Shown: positions 9,782 to 20,784, counted from the first letter of the stretch. The stretch is 64,000 nt of DNA from Gemmatimonadales bacterium (GCA_037189525.1 JBBCJC010000001.1:736001-800000), one strand, 5' to 3'. Notes: generated by a model not told the origin, from the sequence alone. Numbers and translations: made by a program.

Positions 9782-11971
9782 ATGTCCGTTCCTTTCCGAT
9801 ACTCAGGCTTGATCATCGCGGCGGCCCTTGCCGCCTGTGCACCCGAGACGCCGGCGAATCCCGACGTCGCCCGCTGGGAAGCGCGGGCCCGCAACGTCAC
9901 CATCATCCGCGACGACTGGGGCATTCCACACATCTCGGCCAAGACCGACGCCGATGCCGTCTTCGGTCTGATGTATGCCCAGGCCGAAGACGACTTCAAC
10001 CGGGTCGAGACCAACTACCTCAATTCGATGGGCCGGCTGGCGGAAGCGGAGGGAGAAACGGAGATCTACCGCGACCTCCGGATGAAGCTGTTCATCGACC
10101 CCGACAGCATGCGCGCCAAGTACGCGGCGAGCCCCGAGTGGCTCAAGTCGCTGATGGACGCCTTTGCCGATGGGCTCAATTACTACCTGCACAAACACCC
10201 CGAGGTGACACCGCGCGTCATCACCCGGTTCGAGCCGTGGATGGCCCTGACCTTCAGTGAAGGCAGCATCGGAGGTGACATCGAGCGGGTGTCGCTGCGC
10301 GAACTCGAGACGTTCTACGGCGGACGGCCGGCCCGAGTCGCTTCAGCGCACCAGACGATCGCGCCGCCGGACAACGAGCCGCGCGGATCGAACGGCATTG
10401 CCATCGCGCCCAAGAACACGGCGTCGGGCAAATCGATGCTGCTGATCAACCCTCACACCTCGTTCTTTTTCCGGGCGGAGGTCCACGTCACCAGCGAGGA
10501 AGGTCTCAACGCCTATGGCGCGGTGACCTGGGGGCAGTTCTTCGTCTACCAGGGATTCAACGACCGGGCCGGATGGATGCATACCTCGAGCGGCGTCGAC
10601 AACATCGACGAGTATCTCCTGACCGTCACGCCGACCGCCGATGGACACACCTACCGATACGAGAACGAAGACCGACCCGTGGTGAGCCGTACCATCACCA
10701 TTCCGTACAAAACGTCCACGGGCATGGAACAACGGAGCTTCACGGTCCACCGCACGCATCACGGCGCGGTCGTCCGCCAGCAGGATGGCAAGTGGATTGC
10801 CGTGAAACTGATGGAGGAACCGGTCAAAGCCCTCAGCCAGTCGTACAGCCGGACCAAGGCGAAGAGCTTGCAGGAGTTCCGCCAGACGATGGAGTTGCAC
10901 ACCAACTCATCCAACAATACCCTCTATGCGGACGCCGACGGCAACATCGCGTACTTTCACGCCAACTTCGTTCCCAAGCGCGACCCCAAGTTCGACTGGT
11001 CGCGGCCGGTGGACGGCAGCACTCCAGCCACAGAGTGGCAGGGCATCCACGGCATCGACGAATCGCCTAACGTGTTCAACCCGCCGATCGGCTGGGTCTA
11101 CAACACCAACAACTGGCCCTACTCCGCCGCCGGCCCCGACAGCCCGAGGCGCGAGCGCTTCCCGGCCTACATGGAGACGTTCCCGGAAAACCCCCGGGGC
11201 ATCAACGCAGTTCGCCAGCTGACCGGCCGGCAGGGCATCACGCTCGATACCTTGATTGCCATTGCCTACAACCGCTCGATGCCGGCGTTCGACGACCTGA
11301 TCCCCGCCCTGCTCAGCGCAGCCGACCAGACGCCGGCCGCCGATCCGCTCAAGGCGCGCCTGACGGAGCAACTCGACTCGCTGCGCAGCTGGAACCGCCA
11401 GTGGGACGTGGCATCCGTTCCGACGTCGCTCGCCGTGTTCTGGGGTGAAGAGTTGTGGCAACGAGTGCGCGACGTCACCGACCGTGGCAATCTCTCGGTC
11501 TATGAGTACATGGCTCGCCGGACCAGTCCGCAAGTTCGCCTGGAGGCGCTGGCCGCCGCATCCGACAAGCTGACCGCCGACTTCGGCACCTGGAAGACTC
11601 CCTGGGGCGACATCAACCGGTTCCAACGCATCACCGGCGACATCGTCCACCCGTTCGACGATGCCGGGCCGAGCCTGCCGGTCGGGTTCACGTCGGGACG
11701 CTGGGGATCGCTGGCCGTCTTTGGCGCGCGGGCCTATCCCGGAACCAAGAAATGGTACGGGACGAGCGGCAATAGCTTCGTAGCCGCCGTCGAGTTCGGC
11801 GACAGCGTCCGGGCTCGCGCCATCACGGCCGGGGGCCAGAGCGGTCATCCGAGTTCACCGCATTTCAAGGATCAGGCCGAGCGGTACAGTACGGGGGCGT
11901 TGAGAGAGGTGTACTTCTATCCCAATCAGCTGGTCGGACACACTCAGCGAACCTACCACCCGGGCGAGTGA
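9782..11971 (+). CDS. Penicillin acylase family Ntn-hydrolase lipoprotein
   Basis: IIRDDWGIPHI, YAQAED, autocleavage site G|SNG, NPH, GGQSG; lipobox LAAC. Confidence 0.88.
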   Translation: MSVPFRYSGLIIAAALAACAPETPANPDVARWEARARNVTIIRDDWGIPHISAKTDADAVFGLMYAQAEDDFNRVETNYLNSMGRLAEAEGETEIYRDLRMKLFIDPDSMRAKYAASPEWLKSLMDAFADGLNYYLHKHPEVTPRVITRFEPWMALTFSEGSIGGDIERVSLRELETFYGGRPARVASAHQTIAPPDNEPRGSNGIAIAPKNTASGKSMLLINPHTSFFFRAEVHVTSEEGLNAYGAVTWGQFFVYQGFNDRAGWMHTSSGVDNIDEYLLTVTPTADGHTYRYENEDRPVVSRTITIPYKTSTGMEQRSFTVHRTHHGAVVRQQDGKWIAVKLMEEPVKALSQSYSRTKAKSLQEFRQTMELHTNSSNNTLYADADGNIAYFHANFVPKRDPKFDWSRPVDGSTPATEWQGIHGIDESPNVFNPPIGWVYNTNNWPYSAAGPDSPRRERFPAYMETFPENPRGINAVRQLTGRQGITLDTLIAIAYNRSMPAFDDLIPALLSAADQTPAADPLKARLTEQLDSLRSWNRQWDVASVPTSLAVFWGEELWQRVRDVTDRGNLSVYEYMARRTSPQVRLEALAAASDKLTADFGTWKTPWGDINRFQRITGDIVHPFDDAGPSLPVGFTSGRWGSLAVFGARAYPGTKKWYGTSGNSFVAAVEFGDSVRARAITAGGQSGHPSSPHFKDQAERYSTGALREVYFYPNQLVGHTQRTYHPGE

Positions 11972-11986
11972 TCGAGGCGGTCGAGG

Positions 11987-12024
11987 ACGGCGCCCCGAGG
12001 ACTTCACGTCCCCGGGGGCGCCGT
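11987..12024. terminator. Hairpin between convergent genes (probable bidirectional terminator)
   Basis: ACGGCGCCCC/GGGGCGCCGT outer stem with an inner GGAC/GTCC stem. Confidence 0.6.
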
Positions 12025-12030
12025 TTGCGC

Positions 12031-12945
12031 TCAGCCCATCGAGGCCGGTCGAACCAGGAACAGCGGTCGCTCCGCGCCGCGGATGACCTTGTCGGCCACC
12101 GTCCCCAGCAAGGGGGCCGTCATCCCGCTCCCGCCGTGCGTCGTCATGGCCACGAAATCATGCCCGCATGTTTCGATCTGCTGCAGAATGGTGGGCGCGA
12201 CTCCCATACCGACCACCACGCGTGTCGCAACCTGGACCCCCTGGGCCCGCAGTTGATCGGCAAGGCCATCGAGATAGCGCTGCGCCTCACGATACTCGAT
12301 GCTCACGTTCGGGTCCCGGTCCGACCCCGACCAGCCGGCCAGGGTGCCTAACGCGTCCGAAGCAGGCTCCAGGACGTGCATGAGCGTCAGGTGCGACTGG
12401 TGCAAGGCCGCAAATCCCGCCACCGGCTCGAGCACGGCCTCGGCAGCTGCCGTCCGGTCCAGCAGCACGAGACCACGGCGGAACGAACAATCCGCGATGT
12501 CGTCGACCGCCCCGGGAAGCAGGAGAATCGGCCGCCCCGCGTGTCTGATGACGTAATCCGCGACACTGCCAAACCAGAGTCGGCCCATCGCGCCGCGTCC
12601 GTGCGTCGACATGACGACCAGGTCCGGACGCGACAACTCCATCTCGGCAATCAATGCCGCCCCGGGCACCCCCTCGATCAGGCGAAACCCGACCGGTACC
12701 CCGCCCGCGTGCGCGTTGGCCAGCGCAAGTTCCGCCAGATAGGTCTTTTCCCTGACGCGTACGGCCTGACCGTCGGGATCGCCCGAGTAACCGGCTCCGA
12801 CCGGAGCAGGAACCGCGGCCGCCTCGTGCGCCATGACCACCGTTAGGGATGCCCGGGCGGACTTTGCCAGCCGCCGAGCTACGGGAACCGCCACCTCACT
12901 GAAACGAGACCCGTCGACCGACACCATCACCGATTGGATTGCCAT
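12031..12945 (-). CDS. Tandem-domain universal stress protein
   Basis: Two USP domains: VDGS...STHGRG...GSVADYV and TTHG...GTVADKV. Confidence 0.88.
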   Translation of the reverse strand: MAIQSVMVSVDGSRFSEVAVPVARRLAKSARASLTVVMAHEAAAVPAPVGAGYSGDPDGQAVRVREKTYLAELALANAHAGGVPVGFRLIEGVPGAALIAEMELSRPDLVVMSTHGRGAMGRLWFGSVADYVIRHAGRPILLLPGAVDDIADCSFRRGLVLLDRTAAAEAVLEPVAGFAALHQSHLTLMHVLEPASDALGTLAGWSGSDRDPNVSIEYREAQRYLDGLADQLRAQGVQVATRVVVGMGVAPTILQQIETCGHDFVAMTTHGGSGMTAPLLGTVADKVIRGAERPLFLVRPASMG

Positions 12946-13101
12946 TGGACTCCTCCGCTATTCAGCCCTATACCTGCAAACTGGCGCCGGACCCGTGAGC
13001 CGATCCTGAGCAACGTATGATGGAACGTTCATGATCGGCCGCCCAGAGCCGTCGGGAGCCTGTTACTGTTCAGCAACACAGCCGACACGTTCGAGGACCG
13101 G

Positions 13102-14466
13102 ATGCCGATTCGAGCCACCAACCCAGCGACCGCCGAATCGGTCGCGGAGTACGAGACCCTGCTTCCCGACGCGACGGCGGCAGCCGTTGCCGAGGCTCAT
13201 GCCGCGTGGCTCAGGTGGAGGACGACGAGCTTTGCGGACCGAGCCCGCCTGTTCCGGGGCATGGCCGAACGATTGCGGAGTCGGAAGGACGAGCTGGCCC
13301 GGCTCATGGCGATCGAGATGGGTAAGCCGCTCGCCCAAGGCCGAGCGGAAGTCGACAAGTGCGCCTGGGTATGCGAGTACTACGCGGAGCACGCGGAAAG
13401 CCACCTGGCGCACGACGTGATTCCGACGGACGCGGCCCGATCCTATGTCGCCTTCGAACCGCTCGGCGTGATTCTCGCCGTGATGCCGTGGAACTTTCCG
13501 CTCTGGCAGGTCTATCGTTTTGCCGCGCCCGCGCTGATGGCGGGCAACGTGGGCGTGCTCAAGCATGCCTCCAACGTTCCGGGCTGCGCGCTCGTCATCG
13601 AGGAGCTTTTCCGGCAAGCCGGGTTCCCGGACGGCGTCTTCCGCACACTGCTCGTGGGCAGCGACCAGGTCCGGGCGGTCATCGACCACCCGCTGGTTCG
13701 GGCCGTGACGCTGACCGGGAGTACGCCCGCCGGTAAGTCGGTGGCTGCGCAGGCAGGCGCCGCCCTCAAGAAGACCGTGCTCGAACTCGGCGGATCGGAC
13801 CCCTATCTGATCTTGGAAGACGCCGACCTCGAGCAGGCGGTTGCGACCTGCGTCGCCGCCCGGCTGGTCAACAGCGGGCAGAGCTGCGTGGCCGCCAAAC
13901 GATTCATCGCAGTGGAGGCAATCCGGGAGGCATTCACAGAGCGCTTCACCGCCCTGATGCGCACCAAGAAGATGGGCGACCCGCTCGATGCCGGCACCGA
14001 CGTCGGTCCTCAGGCACGGCACGATCTTCGAGACGAACTGCACCAGCAGGTGGTCACCTCGGTCGCCAAAGGGGCTGTGGTCCGGTTGGGCGGCGAGATT
14101 CCCGAAGGCCCTGGAGCGTTTTACCCACCGACCGTGCTGACCAACGTGACCGCGGGAATGCCTGCGCACGACGAGGAGCTGTTCGGTCCGGTGGCCGCGA
14201 TCATCGCCGCGCGCGATGAAGAGGACGCCATTCGGATTGCCAACGACACCATCTTCGGATTGGGCGCCGCCGTCTTCACCCGCGACCTCGAGCGCGGCGA
14301 GCGAGTGGCCCGCCGGCTCGAGGCCGGGTGCGCTTTCGTCAACGGACAGGTCGCGTCGGACCCACGGCTGCCGTTCGGCGGCATCAAGGAATCAGGCTAT
14401 GGACGCGAACTCGGCGTCTACGGCATCCGGGAGTTCGTCAACGCCAAGACGGTCGTGATCCGGTAG
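13102..14466 (+). CDS. NAD(P)-dependent succinate-semialdehyde dehydrogenase-like ALDH
   Basis: MPWNFP, LTGS, LELGGSD, GQSC (catalytic Cys), EELFGP, PFGGIKESGYGRE. Confidence 0.9.
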   Translation: MPIRATNPATAESVAEYETLLPDATAAAVAEAHAAWLRWRTTSFADRARLFRGMAERLRSRKDELARLMAIEMGKPLAQGRAEVDKCAWVCEYYAEHAESHLAHDVIPTDAARSYVAFEPLGVILAVMPWNFPLWQVYRFAAPALMAGNVGVLKHASNVPGCALVIEELFRQAGFPDGVFRTLLVGSDQVRAVIDHPLVRAVTLTGSTPAGKSVAAQAGAALKKTVLELGGSDPYLILEDADLEQAVATCVAARLVNSGQSCVAAKRFIAVEAIREAFTERFTALMRTKKMGDPLDAGTDVGPQARHDLRDELHQQVVTSVAKGAVVRLGGEIPEGPGAFYPPTVLTNVTAGMPAHDEELFGPVAAIIAARDEEDAIRIANDTIFGLGAAVFTRDLERGERVARRLEAGCAFVNGQVASDPRLPFGGIKESGYGRELGVYGIREFVNAKTVVIR

Positions 14467-14534
14467 CTCAGCGGCTCACTGTGTCTCGAGCCGGGCTTTG
14501 ACGCCTGCGTACTTGATCTGGTACTGGCCGATCC

Positions 14535-14756
14535 TCAGCTGCTGCGTCGGACCGGGCTCGGCTTCTCCAGCCCCGCAAAACCCAGCCGGATGAGGATCGT
14601 CTCCATCAGACACCAGCGTGTGAACGCCGACTGGATCAGGTTGAGGCCGACGAAGGCCGTGAACAAGTACCAGTACGGGCTCACCCAGGTGCCGAGCGCG
14701 AGCGAGAGCAGGACGAATGTACCGGCGATGAGTCGGATCCGATGATGTAGCGACAT
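14535..14756 (-). CDS. DUF2892/YgaP-like small membrane protein
   Basis: Two TM helices; FVGLNLIQSAFTRWC motif. Confidence 0.85.
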   Translation of the reverse strand: MSLHHRIRLIAGTFVLLSLALGTWVSPYWYLFTAFVGLNLIQSAFTRWCLMETILIRLGFAGLEKPSPVRRSS

Positions 14757-14764
14757 GGAATTCC

Positions 14765-15055
14765 TCAGGCAATCTCGACCGCGTCGAGCGCGGTCGCCTT
14801 GAAGGCTTCTTCGGTCCGGAGCCCGGCCGCGAAGGTCCGCAGAATCGGACCAAGCGCGTCGAGCGCCTGCCGAAACACGAGGGCGATGATCATGCTGTTC
14901 TCGCCCGGGAACACTCTGGTGCCGAAGTGCGCGCCGCTCTCGCCGCGGCCGAATACGCTCGGGATGACGGAGAACCCGCCCACGCCCTCGCGTTGCAGCA
15001 GCTCGAGCAGCTCCGCCTCACGCGCTTTCTCGACCACCATCACGAGCATCCTCAC
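14765..15055 (-). CDS. PII-like transporter-associated protein
   Basis: 96 aa with GFSV..V.GRG..G PII/GlnB-like motif; GTGA overlap with the RND stop. Confidence 0.7.
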   Translation of the reverse strand: MRMLVMVVEKAREAELLELLQREGVGGFSVIPSVFGRGESGAHFGTRVFPGENSMIIALVFRQALDALGPILRTFAAGLRTEEAFKATALDAVEIA

Positions 15056-18000
15056 GACGCCACCTCCGCATAGAGCAGGGGGATCAGGACCAGGGTGAGC
15101 AGGGTGGCCACCACGGCACCCGCCATGAGCGCCAGGCCGAGCCCCTGGAAGATCGGATCGGACACCATCACTGCCCCGCCGATCACCACGGCGGCCGCGG
15201 TGAGCACGATCGGCCGCGCCCGGATCACGCCGGCCTCAATCACCGACTCGCGCACCGAGCGGCCACGCGCCCGCTCCAACTCGGCGAAGTCGACCAGCAG
15301 AATCGAGTTGCGCACGATGATGCCGGCCAGCGCAATCATCCCGATCATCGATGTCGCGGTGAAGAACGCGCCTGCCACCGCGTGACCCGGCAGGATCCCG
15401 ATCAGCGTGAGCGGGATCGGCGCCATGATGACGAGCGGCGTCGTGAACGACTGGAACCAGGCCACCACCAGGAAGTAGATCAGCAGCAGCACGGCCGCGA
15501 ATGCGATGCCCAGATCGCGAAACACCTCGTAGGTGATTCGCCACTCGCCGTCCCAGTTGACCGAGGCCGTCTCGGTCGACGCTGCCGGGCCGCTCCAGGT
15601 GGTGGCGACTCCGGCCTCCTCGAGCAGAGGCTCCACTGCGAGCATCGCGTAGACCGGCGCCTCGATCACACCCGCGACGTCGGCGGTGACGTAGACGACC
15701 GGCTTCATGTCCTTCCGGACGCGCGGCTCCTGCCGAGCAACCGTGTCGACCGCGGCGATGGCCGCGACCGGAACGATCCCGCCGGCTCGGCTCGCCATCG
15801 GGATCCCCATGAGACCGGCCGTCCCCACCCGATCGGCAGCCGGGAGCCGCACCACGATGGGCACGGGCTCCGCGGCGAGCGGATCGTGGAGCAACCCCGC
15901 GTCGAGCCCGCCGATGCTGCGTACCGCCTGCGCTACGTCTGCACCGGTGAGCGCCGCGAACCCGGCGACGTCCGAGCGGGCCGCCACGCGGAGCTCATGG
16001 GCCGGGTCGGCGAGAGTCCAGTCGGTATCGACTACGCCGTCGGTGGCTTCGAGCGCGCGCCGGACTTCGCCCGCCACCCGGCGCCGCGTGGCGTCGTCCG
16101 GCCCGAACACCTCCGCCGTGATAGTCGCGAGCACCGGTGGACCCGGCGGGATCTCCGCCACCTTGGCCCGGGCCCCGTAGCGGGCGGCCACGTCGACCAC
16201 GATGAGCCGGAGCCGGACCGCGATCTCGTGACTCTGCGCGTCGCGCTCATGCTTGGGCGCGAGGTTGACCTGCAGGTCGGCGACCTCGGGCCCTTGGCGC
16301 AGGAAATAGTGGCGCACCAGGCCATTGAAGTTGAACGGGGCAGCGGTACCTGCGTATACCTGCACATCGCGTACGTCCGGATCGGCCAGGAACCGCTCGG
16401 CGATCTCGTGCGCCGCCCGCGAGCTGAGCTCCAGCGTGGTGCCCTCCGGGAAGTCGAGGATCACCTGCAGCTCGTTCTTGTTGTCGAAGGGCAGCATCTT
16501 GACCGTCACCGCGCGGAGCCCGATCAGCGCCACCGAGCCCAGGAGCAGCACGACAACGGCCGCATACGCCGCCCAGCGCCGCCCGCGATGCGCCAGCAGG
16601 TGCTCCAGCAGCCGCCGGTACGCACGGCCGACCCGCCCGTCCGCCGCGCCGTCCGCCATCGGCTCAGCCGGCGCATGCTCGCGCACCAGGCGGAGCGCCA
16701 GGTACGGCGTCACGATGAACGCCACCGCGAGCGAGAAGAGCATTGCCATCGACGCGCCCACCGGGATGGGCCGCATGTACGGACCCATGAGCCCGGAGAC
16801 GAACGCCATCGGCAGAATGGCAGCGATCACAGTAAAGGTGGCCAGGATCGTGGGGTTGCCCACCTCGTCGACGCCCTCTACCGCGGCCGTGGCGGGCGGT
16901 TTCGTCTTCATCCCCATGTGGCGGGCGATGTTTTCCACCACGACGATCGCGTCGTCCACCAGAATCCCGATCGCGAACACCAGGGCGAAGAGGGTGATCC
17001 GGTTGAGCGTGTAGCCCAGCAACCGGTAGACGAGCAGCGTGAGCGCAAGGGTAACCGGCACCGCCACCAGCACCACCAGCGCCTCACGCCAGCCGAGTGC
17101 AAACCAGACCAGCAGCGCCACACCCACGGTGGCGATGATGATGTGGCTCAGGAGCTCCATCGCCTTCTCGTTGGCCGTCTCGCCGTAGTTGCGGGTAACG
17201 GTGGTCTCGAGATCGGCCGGAACCAGCGCGCCGCGGAGCGACTCGACTTTGCCCAGGATCACCTCGGCTAACGAGGCAGCGTTGGTACCCGCCCGCTTCG
17301 CGATGGTGAGCGTCACGGCCGCGGCGGTGGGCGCGCCTGCCTCCAGGTGACTCACGTACCAGGCAGGCTCCGCCGGGCCATCGCTGACTCGTGCCACGTC
17401 GCCGAGTCGCACGCCACGGCCCTGGTGCACCGCCACCAGCACCCCGGCCACATCCTCCGCGCTCCCGAGCAGGCGCCCCGCCCGCACCGGCAGGCTGCGG
17501 TTGTCGGCCAGCACGGCGCCGGCAGGCAGCACGAGGTTCGCACCGCCCAGGGCTCCGACCAGCCGGTCGAGCGAGAGGCCGTGCGCAGCGAGTTGCGCCG
17601 CATCCGGCTCCACCAGGAGCACCCGCGGCGCTCCCCCGATCACCTCGACCTCGGCCACGTTGGGAATCCGCTGGATCTCGTTCCGCAGCTCCGCGGCCAC
17701 CCGCCGGAGCTGGACTTCGTCGTAGCCGCCGCCATGCAGCGTGAGCGCCAGCACGGGCACCTCGTCGATGGTGTGCAGGCGAACCAGCGCCGGCGTGCCC
17801 GACAGCTTGGCAAAGACCTTGACGACGCTCTCCTCCGGATCGTCGCCCACGGCAAAGCGGACCGTGATCATCCCGCCGTCCGCGGTGGCCGTGCTGTAGA
17901 GGTGCTCGACCCCGCCGATTTCCCAGAGCCGCCGTTCCACGGGCTCGATCAGCCGGCACTCCACCTCTTCCGGCGTGGCACCGGGCGCGGCGAGGAAGAC

Positions 18001-18153
18001 GTCGATCATCGGCACGCTGATCTGGGGCTCTTCCTCACGCGGCGTGGTGAGCACGCCGCCCAGGCCGGCCACCAGCGACGCGACGATCAGGAGCGGCGTC
18101 AGCTTGCTCTGCAGGAACGCCTGGGCCACCCGGCCCGAGAATCCCGTTTTCAT
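15052..18153 (-). CDS. RND efflux permease (AcrB/CzcA family)
   Basis: 1033 aa; PREEEPQI, GILVDDAIVVVEN, RARPIVLT. Confidence 0.92.
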   Translation of the reverse strand: MKTGFSGRVAQAFLQSKLTPLLIVASLVAGLGGVLTTPREEEPQISVPMIDVFLAAPGATPEEVECRLIEPVERRLWEIGGVEHLYSTATADGGMITVRFAVGDDPEESVVKVFAKLSGTPALVRLHTIDEVPVLALTLHGGGYDEVQLRRVAAELRNEIQRIPNVAEVEVIGGAPRVLLVEPDAAQLAAHGLSLDRLVGALGGANLVLPAGAVLADNRSLPVRAGRLLGSAEDVAGVLVAVHQGRGVRLGDVARVSDGPAEPAWYVSHLEAGAPTAAAVTLTIAKRAGTNAASLAEVILGKVESLRGALVPADLETTVTRNYGETANEKAMELLSHIIIATVGVALLVWFALGWREALVVLVAVPVTLALTLLVYRLLGYTLNRITLFALVFAIGILVDDAIVVVENIARHMGMKTKPPATAAVEGVDEVGNPTILATFTVIAAILPMAFVSGLMGPYMRPIPVGASMAMLFSLAVAFIVTPYLALRLVREHAPAEPMADGAADGRVGRAYRRLLEHLLAHRGRRWAAYAAVVVLLLGSVALIGLRAVTVKMLPFDNKNELQVILDFPEGTTLELSSRAAHEIAERFLADPDVRDVQVYAGTAAPFNFNGLVRHYFLRQGPEVADLQVNLAPKHERDAQSHEIAVRLRLIVVDVAARYGARAKVAEIPPGPPVLATITAEVFGPDDATRRRVAGEVRRALEATDGVVDTDWTLADPAHELRVAARSDVAGFAALTGADVAQAVRSIGGLDAGLLHDPLAAEPVPIVVRLPAADRVGTAGLMGIPMASRAGGIVPVAAIAAVDTVARQEPRVRKDMKPVVYVTADVAGVIEAPVYAMLAVEPLLEEAGVATTWSGPAASTETASVNWDGEWRITYEVFRDLGIAFAAVLLLIYFLVVAWFQSFTTPLVIMAPIPLTLIGILPGHAVAGAFFTATSMIGMIALAGIIVRNSILLVDFAELERARGRSVRESVIEAGVIRARPIVLTAAAVVIGGAVMVSDPIFQGLGLALMAGAVVATLLTLVLIPLLYAEVAS

Positions 18154-19187
18154 GATGCCCCGCCGCTTTCCGCGCCTGTGGGATACACCCGGACGCCGTC
18201 CCGCACCCGCGCGGGCTCGGTCACCACCACGTCGCCAGCCACGAGGCCGCTGGTCACGATTACGTCGTCGCCGTCCGCTCGGCCCAGCCGGATCCAGCGG
18301 AGCCGCGCCGTCGAGTCCGCGCCGACCAGATACACCCCGGTGAGCTCGCCGCGCGCGACGACCGCCGAACGGGGAATCGACGGCTGCGCAGCACGGCGGC
18401 CGGCCATGGGGACCTCCACGATCGCGACCTGACCCGGCACGAGCGGACCGCGCGCCGTGAGCCGCACCTCCATCGTCCGGCTCAGCGGATCGGCCGACGC
18501 CACCACCGCGGCCACCGTGGCCGTCACGGGCTCACGCTCCGGACCGATCAGGGCGGTGAGCGTGCGGCCGGATCCGAGCCCGCGCGCGACCGCCTCCGGC
18601 ACGCCGGCTACGATCTCGCGTACGCCGGCATCCTCCACCACGAGGAGCGGCTGGCCCGGCGCTGCCAGGTCGCCAGGATCGGCGTACCGCGCGGCGATCA
18701 CCCCGTCGAAGGGCGCGACGATCGAGGCATACCCCAGCTCCGCAGTGGCCGCGTCGGTTTGCCCCTGGGCCTGCGCGAACGTCGCGCGGGCCGCTTCCAG
18801 CTGCGCCAGCGGCACCGCGCTGTCGGCGTAGAGCCGCTCCATCCGGTTGAGGTTGGCGGTCGCGAGCTCGAGCCCGGCGGCCGCCTGGCTTCCGGCCGCG
18901 GAGACGGCGCCGCGCTCCAGCGTCGCCAGCATCTGCCCGCTCCGCACCCGGTCGCCGGCGCGGACCCGGATGGTCTCGATCCGAGCCATCATCCGTGTCG
19001 CAAGCTCCGCACGACGCGCCGCACGGACGGTGCCCGCCGCGCGATAGGTTTCGAGCCCGGCGGAATCGCCCAGCCGTACGGTCGGCACCGCGACGGGCGG
19101 CCCGGCTTCCACCGGAGCGGCGTCGGGATGATCGATACACCCGATGCCCAACATCAGCATCGGCAGCAACAACACGGTCCGCTTCAC
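18150..19187 (-). CDS. RND periplasmic adaptor (MFP) lipoprotein
   Basis: Lipobox GIGC; VRAGDRV and APFDGVI barrel-sandwich motifs. Confidence 0.9.
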   Translation of the reverse strand: MKRTVLLLPMLMLGIGCIDHPDAAPVEAGPPVAVPTVRLGDSAGLETYRAAGTVRAARRAELATRMMARIETIRVRAGDRVRSGQMLATLERGAVSAAGSQAAAGLELATANLNRMERLYADSAVPLAQLEAARATFAQAQGQTDAATAELGYASIVAPFDGVIAARYADPGDLAAPGQPLLVVEDAGVREIVAGVPEAVARGLGSGRTLTALIGPEREPVTATVAAVVASADPLSRTMEVRLTARGPLVPGQVAIVEVPMAGRRAAQPSIPRSAVVARGELTGVYLVGADSTARLRWIRLGRADGDDVIVTSGLVAGDVVVTEPARVRDGVRVYPTGAESGGAS

Positions 19188-20488
19188 GGATTCCCTCCCT
19201 TGGCGACGGCCACCTGGGCCTGCGCGAGACGAGCATGGTAGAGTGCATCCAGCCGGCTCTGCCGCTGCGCCGACTCGGCGGCGCGGATGGCGAGCAGCTC
19301 GGAGATGGTGCCGGCGCCGCCGGCGTACCGGGTCGCGGCCACACGGGCGGCTTGCGCGGCCTGCTCGAGCGCACGATCCGCCGCAGCAAGCGCCGTCTCC
19401 GCAGCCGCCAGCCGCGCTTCCGCAGCACGTACTTCGGCGAGCGCATTCCGCTCGGCCGTGGCGAGGTCCTCACGAGCCCGGTCCCGCCCGGCGCGGGCGC
19501 GATCGATCTCGGCCGCTTCCCGGAGCCCGCGGAACGGGGTCCAGCGGACGACGACGCCGGCGGTCCAGCGGGCCGGACCGGTCACGGCGGACAAGGCATG
19601 GTCGTGAAAGGCCACCGAGCCGAACGCGCCGGCGGTCGGGAGCCGCTCCGCCCGGGCGCGGGCGAGATTTGCCTGTTGTGCATCGAGCACGGCGTCGAGC
19701 GCGGCCAGATCGGCCCGCGACCCGCTCTCGGACGCAGACGCGGCGATCGTGAGCGGATCGAGGAGCTCGACCGCCTGCCCCGGCTGCTCGCCCAGCAGCA
19801 CGAGCAGCCGGTCGGTCGCCTCGATCCGCCCGGCCTCCGCGATGGCGCGGGCCGCCTCGAGCTCGCTCGTTCGGGCTACGGCCAGTTGCTCGTCGACCAG
19901 CGTCACCAGACCCTCTCGCCGAAACAAGCGGACCTGGCGGAGCGTCTCCCCGGCAGCACCGAGCGCCGTATCGAGCGTGGCGACCCGAGCCGAGGCCAGC
20001 ACGGCGCCGTAGTACGCGGCCAGCGCATCGAAGGCGGCCAGCTGCTCGACCCGGGTCTCCATCCGCCTGGCCGCTTCCACACCGGCATAGGCTGCGCGCC
20101 TGCCGAGCCATCCTGAGGGCGCGATGAGCGGCTGTTCGACGGTGACCCCCAGACTGACATTGGAGACGGCGTTGGGATGATTGAGGGCGTCCAACGCGAG
20201 GTCGGGACCGCTGAAAACACCCTGCCGCAGCTTGGCGCCGAAGGCCGCAACGGGATCGTCGCTTCGGAGCCAACTCCACTCCGCACCGACGGCAGGCAGG
20301 AACACCGCAGCGGAGCCCCGCGCGTCGGCTTCTCGAGCCCGTCGCTCGGCGCGAATGCCTGTCAGCTGCGGATGATGGACGCGCGCCCGCGCCGTCGCGT
20401 CCACCAGACCAAGCCGGAGCGGCGGCTGCGCGTGGGCAGACCCGGCAACCACGGCCAGCAACGAAGCGGTCAGGACTGCGCGTCGCAT
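19184..20488 (-). CDS. TolC family outer membrane channel
   Basis: Signal peptide; Ala-rich coiled-coil repeats; position upstream of MFP and RND. Confidence 0.85.
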   Translation of the reverse strand: MRRAVLTASLLAVVAGSAHAQPPLRLGLVDATARARVHHPQLTGIRAERRAREADARGSAAVFLPAVGAEWSWLRSDDPVAAFGAKLRQGVFSGPDLALDALNHPNAVSNVSLGVTVEQPLIAPSGWLGRRAAYAGVEAARRMETRVEQLAAFDALAAYYGAVLASARVATLDTALGAAGETLRQVRLFRREGLVTLVDEQLAVARTSELEAARAIAEAGRIEATDRLLVLLGEQPGQAVELLDPLTIAASASESGSRADLAALDAVLDAQQANLARARAERLPTAGAFGSVAFHDHALSAVTGPARWTAGVVVRWTPFRGLREAAEIDRARAGRDRAREDLATAERNALAEVRAAEARLAAAETALAAADRALEQAAQAARVAATRYAGGAGTISELLAIRAAESAQRQSRLDALYHARLAQAQVAVAKGGNP

Positions 20489-20784
20489 TTGCGGATACAC
20501 TCGAGGATGTGATGGACCTTGGGCTCGACCACCCTATATCGAACGTGCTGCCCGTCCTTGCGGGCGCTGACGACCTGGTGGCGACGGAGCCGGCTCAAAT
20601 GCTGGGAACAGATGGCCTGTTCCAGGTCGCAGATCTCACAGATCTCCGAAACCGACCGCTCCGTTCCCTCGAGCGCCTCGACGATTTTGAGCCGCTCCGG
20701 ATGGCCGAGCAGCTTGATGATCGACGCTGCCCGCTGGAGCATGGCGGGGTCGATTCCCCGGACGAGTGCTTTGGCTTTCGACAT
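20470..20784 (-). CDS. ArsR/SmtB family regulator, Cys-rich
   Basis: LGHPERLKI...SQHLSRLR...RKDGQHVRY winged HTH; AAGGAG RBS; five Cys. Confidence 0.88.
   Translation of the reverse strand: MSKAKALVRGIDPAMLQRAASIIKLLGHPERLKIVEALEGTERSVSEICEICDLEQAICSQHLSRLRRHQVVSARKDGQHVRYRVVEPKVHHILECIRKCDAQS

Noticed and set aside
14476..14535. Coding-like tail RIGQYQIKYAGVKARLETQ after DUF2892
   Set aside because: Too short to distinguish a gene remnant from chance.
15382..17271. 629-aa plus-strand ORF
   Set aside because: Antisense shadow of the RND permease; Arg/His-rich with no domain.
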